Below are positions 9,246-12,176 of a stretch of 12,176 nt of DNA, one piece after another. Origin of the DNA: Tubiluchus corallicola (Eukaryota > Animalia > Priapulida); contig JAQGDQ010002166.1 of the NCBI GenBank assembly GCA_030141605.1, forward strand, positions 1 to 12,176. Direction: 5' to 3'. The notes under the pieces are model-generated. The model was not told the DNA's origin. It searched no databases and was given only the letters and a program-made list of their open reading frames with translations. A program made the position numbers and the translations under genes. The number at the start of each line of letters is the position of its first letter. The first letter of the stretch is position 1.

Positions 9246-9381
9246 CATAAGTGCAGAGTTTATGAACATTGAAGAAAAAGCATTGAAAGTCCCAGCTCAC
9301 ACTGAAGAGATGATTGAACTGAGACAATTCATGGAAGCAACTCGAGTTGCCGGCATCAAGCGTCTAAGAGATCGTATACAA
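9246..9381 (+). CDS. DNAH12: Dynein heavy chain exon F (136 nt): (S)ISAEFMNIEEKALKVPAHTEEMIELRQFMEATRVAGIKRLRDRIQ
   Basis: Acceptor cttgtttttcAG (9244-9245) and donor CAA|GTAAGT (9382). It has the ALKVPxxTEEM motif of DNAH12/7/3-type tails. Confidence 0.94.
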
Positions 9382-9687
9382 GTAAGTAGTGCTCTTTCTC
9401 TTTTGTAAGCTGGAGGCCTTTGGTTCAAATCTCATCAATGACCTCATTTTTTTCCTCTGAGAAATCACGTGCAAGTAATGCTTAATTCTTTTTCTTATCT
9501 TTTTTGTAAGCCAGAAATCCGTTTTTCAAATACAGGTGAAGGCTGAATTTTTTCACTTTCTTTTTCTGCCTTAAGTAATGTGCATGGACTTTTCTGTCTC
9601 ATTGCTTTTTTATGTCAAGTTGTCACTCCATCTCTGGGTAGTGGCGGCTTTCATAGAGGTATTGTGGAACTGCAGCTCCTGGTTTTC

Positions 9688-9900
9688 CGTCTAATTGTCT
9701 CAAAAACGCCCAAGTACAGGCCGCATTCATGCAAAAGTATATAAAAACTGTCGGCAATTGACTCAAATAACTCCGCACAATTGATTCTATATTTTTATAC
9801 ATAGAGATATACACGTGGTTACACTGATGTACGTGATGTAAACAAAGTGACAGCCCGCCACCTAGCGGTCAGCTTGTGAAATAATGTACTGGGTCCGTAA
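9688..9900 (-). mobile_element. Family 1 partial copy lacking the LTR
   Basis: The reverse complement aligns to about 865-948 and then directly to about 1320-1436. Confidence 0.8.
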
Positions 9901-10141
9901 AAATTTGCTCAACGAATTTACGCGATTTACAAAAATGGCACTACTGGTCTTCCAAAAACTCGGAATTCCACATATCCGCGAAAAGACAGAGAAAAACTCT
10001 GAAACAGCCCAGGGGTTTGGGGGCCACGTTGGCAGCAACAAATAGCAATTTTGAGACCATAGAGAGCCTCTAAGTGGACTTAAAATATCAATTACCTTTA
10101 TGCATAATTTAAAATACCCAACTATCAAGGATACATGATAC

Positions 10142-10475
10142 CTAATTGACTCAAAAACGCCTAAGTACTGGCCGCTCCTATGCAAAAGTATATAAAAACT
10201 GTGTACAATTAGCTCAAATAACTCCGCACAATTGACTCTGTAATTGATTCTGATTAAATCACTCAAACACGCTGACATTCAAGCTACACACGTGTTGTTA
10301 CACGCTCCTTGGTTACACTGATGTAATGATGTAAACAAAGTGATGGTCCGCCAACTAGCGGTCAGCTCGGGAAACAATGGACTGTGTCCGTATTATGCGG
10401 GACTTTTAACGGTCCAGATTTTGTCCGATTCTTCCATTATCTGTAAAAGCGAGGTCCGGCAATCCGAGTTAAGTG
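10142..10475 (-). mobile_element. Family 1 partial copy retaining one degenerate TIR
   Basis: 10311-10475 matches the reverse complement of 778-942 and 10142-10240 matches about 1340-1435. The central ~70 bp differ from the other copies. Confidence 0.82.
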
Positions 10476-10514
10476 CATATCGTATCCATCACCAAATAAT
10501 CGAAAGACAGTTAA

Positions 10515-10628
10515 TGTTGTTATTGGCAGTGTTGCTGTTGTTGCTGCTACTACTGCCACTGCCGCTGCTGCTGTTGTCGCCGCTACTGTTTCAGCTGCTG
10601 TAATTGTCACCGATGTTGTTATGATTGT
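10515..10628. repeat. Degenerate (CTG/TTG)n trinucleotide tract
   Basis: tgttgttattggcagtgttgctgttgttgctgctactactgcc...; it generates the poly-Leu of ORF 10340-10603. Confidence 0.8.
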
Positions 10629-10634
10629 TTACAG

Positions 10635-10760
10635 GATGTGCAGGAGCATTTATTCTTCCTGTCAGACATGTACAGCTTCTCACTGGAAGACATGGAAGCA
10701 ACCTGTCAAGTTATGTTCTGGCCAAAAAAGTTAGAACCAATCTTTAACCAGAACGATGAT
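10635..10760 (+). CDS. DNAH12: Dynein heavy chain exon G (126 nt): DVQEHLFFLSDMYSFSLEDMEATCQVMFWPKKLEPIFNQNDD
   Basis: Acceptor tgtttacAG (10633-10634) and donor GAT|GTAAGA (10761), phase 0/0. It has the WPxKxxPIF motif. Confidence 0.93.
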
Positions 10761-10820
10761 GTAAGAGGATATCAAGATGCCTTGTTTATATTTTCTTTCT
10801 GTTTTGTTTACTTTATCGGT

Positions 10821-11462
10821 GTTATGTCATGATATGGATTTGTTATGTCATTGATTTGTCATGATATAGATTTGTCATGTCATTGATTTGTCATGTCATT
10901 GATTTGTCATGTCATTGATTTGTCATGATATAGATTTGTCATGTCATTGGTTTGTCATGATATAGATTTGTCATGTCATTGATTTGTCATGATATAGATT
11001 TGTCATGTCATTGATTTGTCATGATATAGATTTGTCATGTCATTGGTTTGTCATGATATAGATTTGTCATGCCATTGATTTGTCATGATATAGATTTGTC
11101 ATGTCATTGATTTGTCATGATATAGATTTGTCATGTCATTGATTTGTCATGATATAGATTTGTCATGTCATTGATTTGTCATGATATAGATTTGTCATGT
11201 CATTGGTTTGTCATGATATAGATTTGTCATGTCATTGATTTGTCATGATATAGATTTGTCATGTCATTGATTTGTCATGATATAGATTTGTCATGTCATT
11301 GATTTGTCATGATATAGATTTGTCATGTCATTGATTTGTCATGATATAGATTTGTCATGTCATTGATTTGTCATGATATAGATTTGTCATGATATAGATT
11401 TGTCATGCCATTGATTTGTCATGATATAGATTTGTCATGTCATTGATTTGTCATGATACAGA
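10821..11462. repeat. 16-bp two-variant satellite, about 40 monomers, with a 32-bp higher-order period
   Basis: Monomers gatttgtcatgatata (A) and gatttgtcatgtcatt (B) mostly alternate. Confidence 0.97.
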
Positions 11463-11681
11463 AAATTTAGATCTTGATTTTAGATTCATTTGGTCATGCA
11501 TTTAGCACAATACAGCAAAATACAAGTTACACAACTTAAATTAACAATGCATTGCAGTGCTACGAATGTAGCAGAAGAAATTAACTTATGAGCAACGCTC
11601 AACATGGACAAGACTAAATTAATGACATAAACAACAACAAAAAACACGTTGAATGGTGCGAAGCAAACAGATGTGAGAAAA

Positions 11682-11765
11682 CAATGATGATGATGATGAT
11701 AACAATGGTGGTGATATTGATGCTGATAACAATGGTGGTGAGGGCAATGATAATGAATTGATGCT
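11682..11765. repeat. Degenerate (GAT/GGT/AAC)n trinucleotide tract
   Basis: aatgatgatgatgatgataacaatggtggtgat...gataacaatggtggtgag. Confidence 0.75.
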
Positions 11766-11892
11766 AGTAGTGATCGATGATTTAAACCAAGTTATAGTCA
11801 TTTTTTGGTTGACAGGCTGTAGTAGAATTAAAATATCTCAGGGCATTTTTTAAAGTTCCCTAATTTACTTCTGTTTTTGCGCCACGTTGCAG

Positions 11893-12105
11893 ATAATAAT
11901 GGAGAGTCAGCTTCGCAACGAGGGCATACTCAACGAACGCCGCGAGAAGGTCGCCATGGAGCTGGACAAGCTCAGATACCGTGTGACCGAGCTGGCCAAG
12001 TGCGGCGAGCTGGACATGATGAATCAGTACCTCCAGGACCTCCGCCTCGTACAGAAGAAACTCCTCGAGGTCGAGGCGGAGATCTCTTGGGTCAACAAGG
12101 AAGAG
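11893..12105 (+). CDS. DNAH12: Dynein heavy chain exon H (213 nt): IIMESQLRNEGILNERREKVAMELDKLRYRVTELAKCGELDMMNQYLQDLRLVQKKLLEVEAEISWVNKEE
   Basis: Acceptor ttgcAG (11891-11892) and donor GAG|GTaaac (12106). It is a coiled-coil-like segment ending in the conserved (I/V)NKEE motif of axonemal dynein tails. The gene continues beyond the window. Confidence 0.93.
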
Positions 12106-12176
12106 GTAAACGGTTGATTTTACCGCAGGGGTGTGCAAATTATCTGACCAGCCGGGCCACATTAAACTTTCCCACA

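Noticed and set aside
9862-10278. 138-aa ORF sharing YRVNxAELFE with ORF 1270-1485, suggesting a protein family
   Set aside because: The similarity comes from shared MITE DNA. The shared frame is short and has no transposase motif.
10340-10603. 87-aa ORF with a Leu-rich, membrane-like tail
   Set aside because: It spans a MITE end and a (CTG/TTG)n tract inside an intron.

Overview
AT-rich, intron-dominated eukaryotic (probably invertebrate animal) genomic DNA; nothing here looks prokaryotic. The window holds eight consecutive + strand GT-AG exons (663-746, 1982-2285, 3181-3334, 6558-6649, 7485-7663, 9246-9381, 10635-10760, 11893-12105). They splice in compatible phases into one stop-free frame of about 429 codons that resembles the N-terminal tail of an axonemal inner-arm dynein heavy chain, closest from memory to DNAH12. 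The gene runs off both ends of the window. The introns carry mini- and microsatellites (4, 16/32, 23, 30, 53, ~92 and 165 bp units) and at least three families of non-autonomous TIR elements. The most interesting item is a 366-bp solo LTR (954-1319, TGTTGTG...CACAACA) nested in a TA-flanked MITE. It has three heat-shock-element-like arrays directly upstream of a TATA box and lies in the same orientation as the dynein gene. Most ORFs in the supplied track are repeat artefacts or exon read-throughs.
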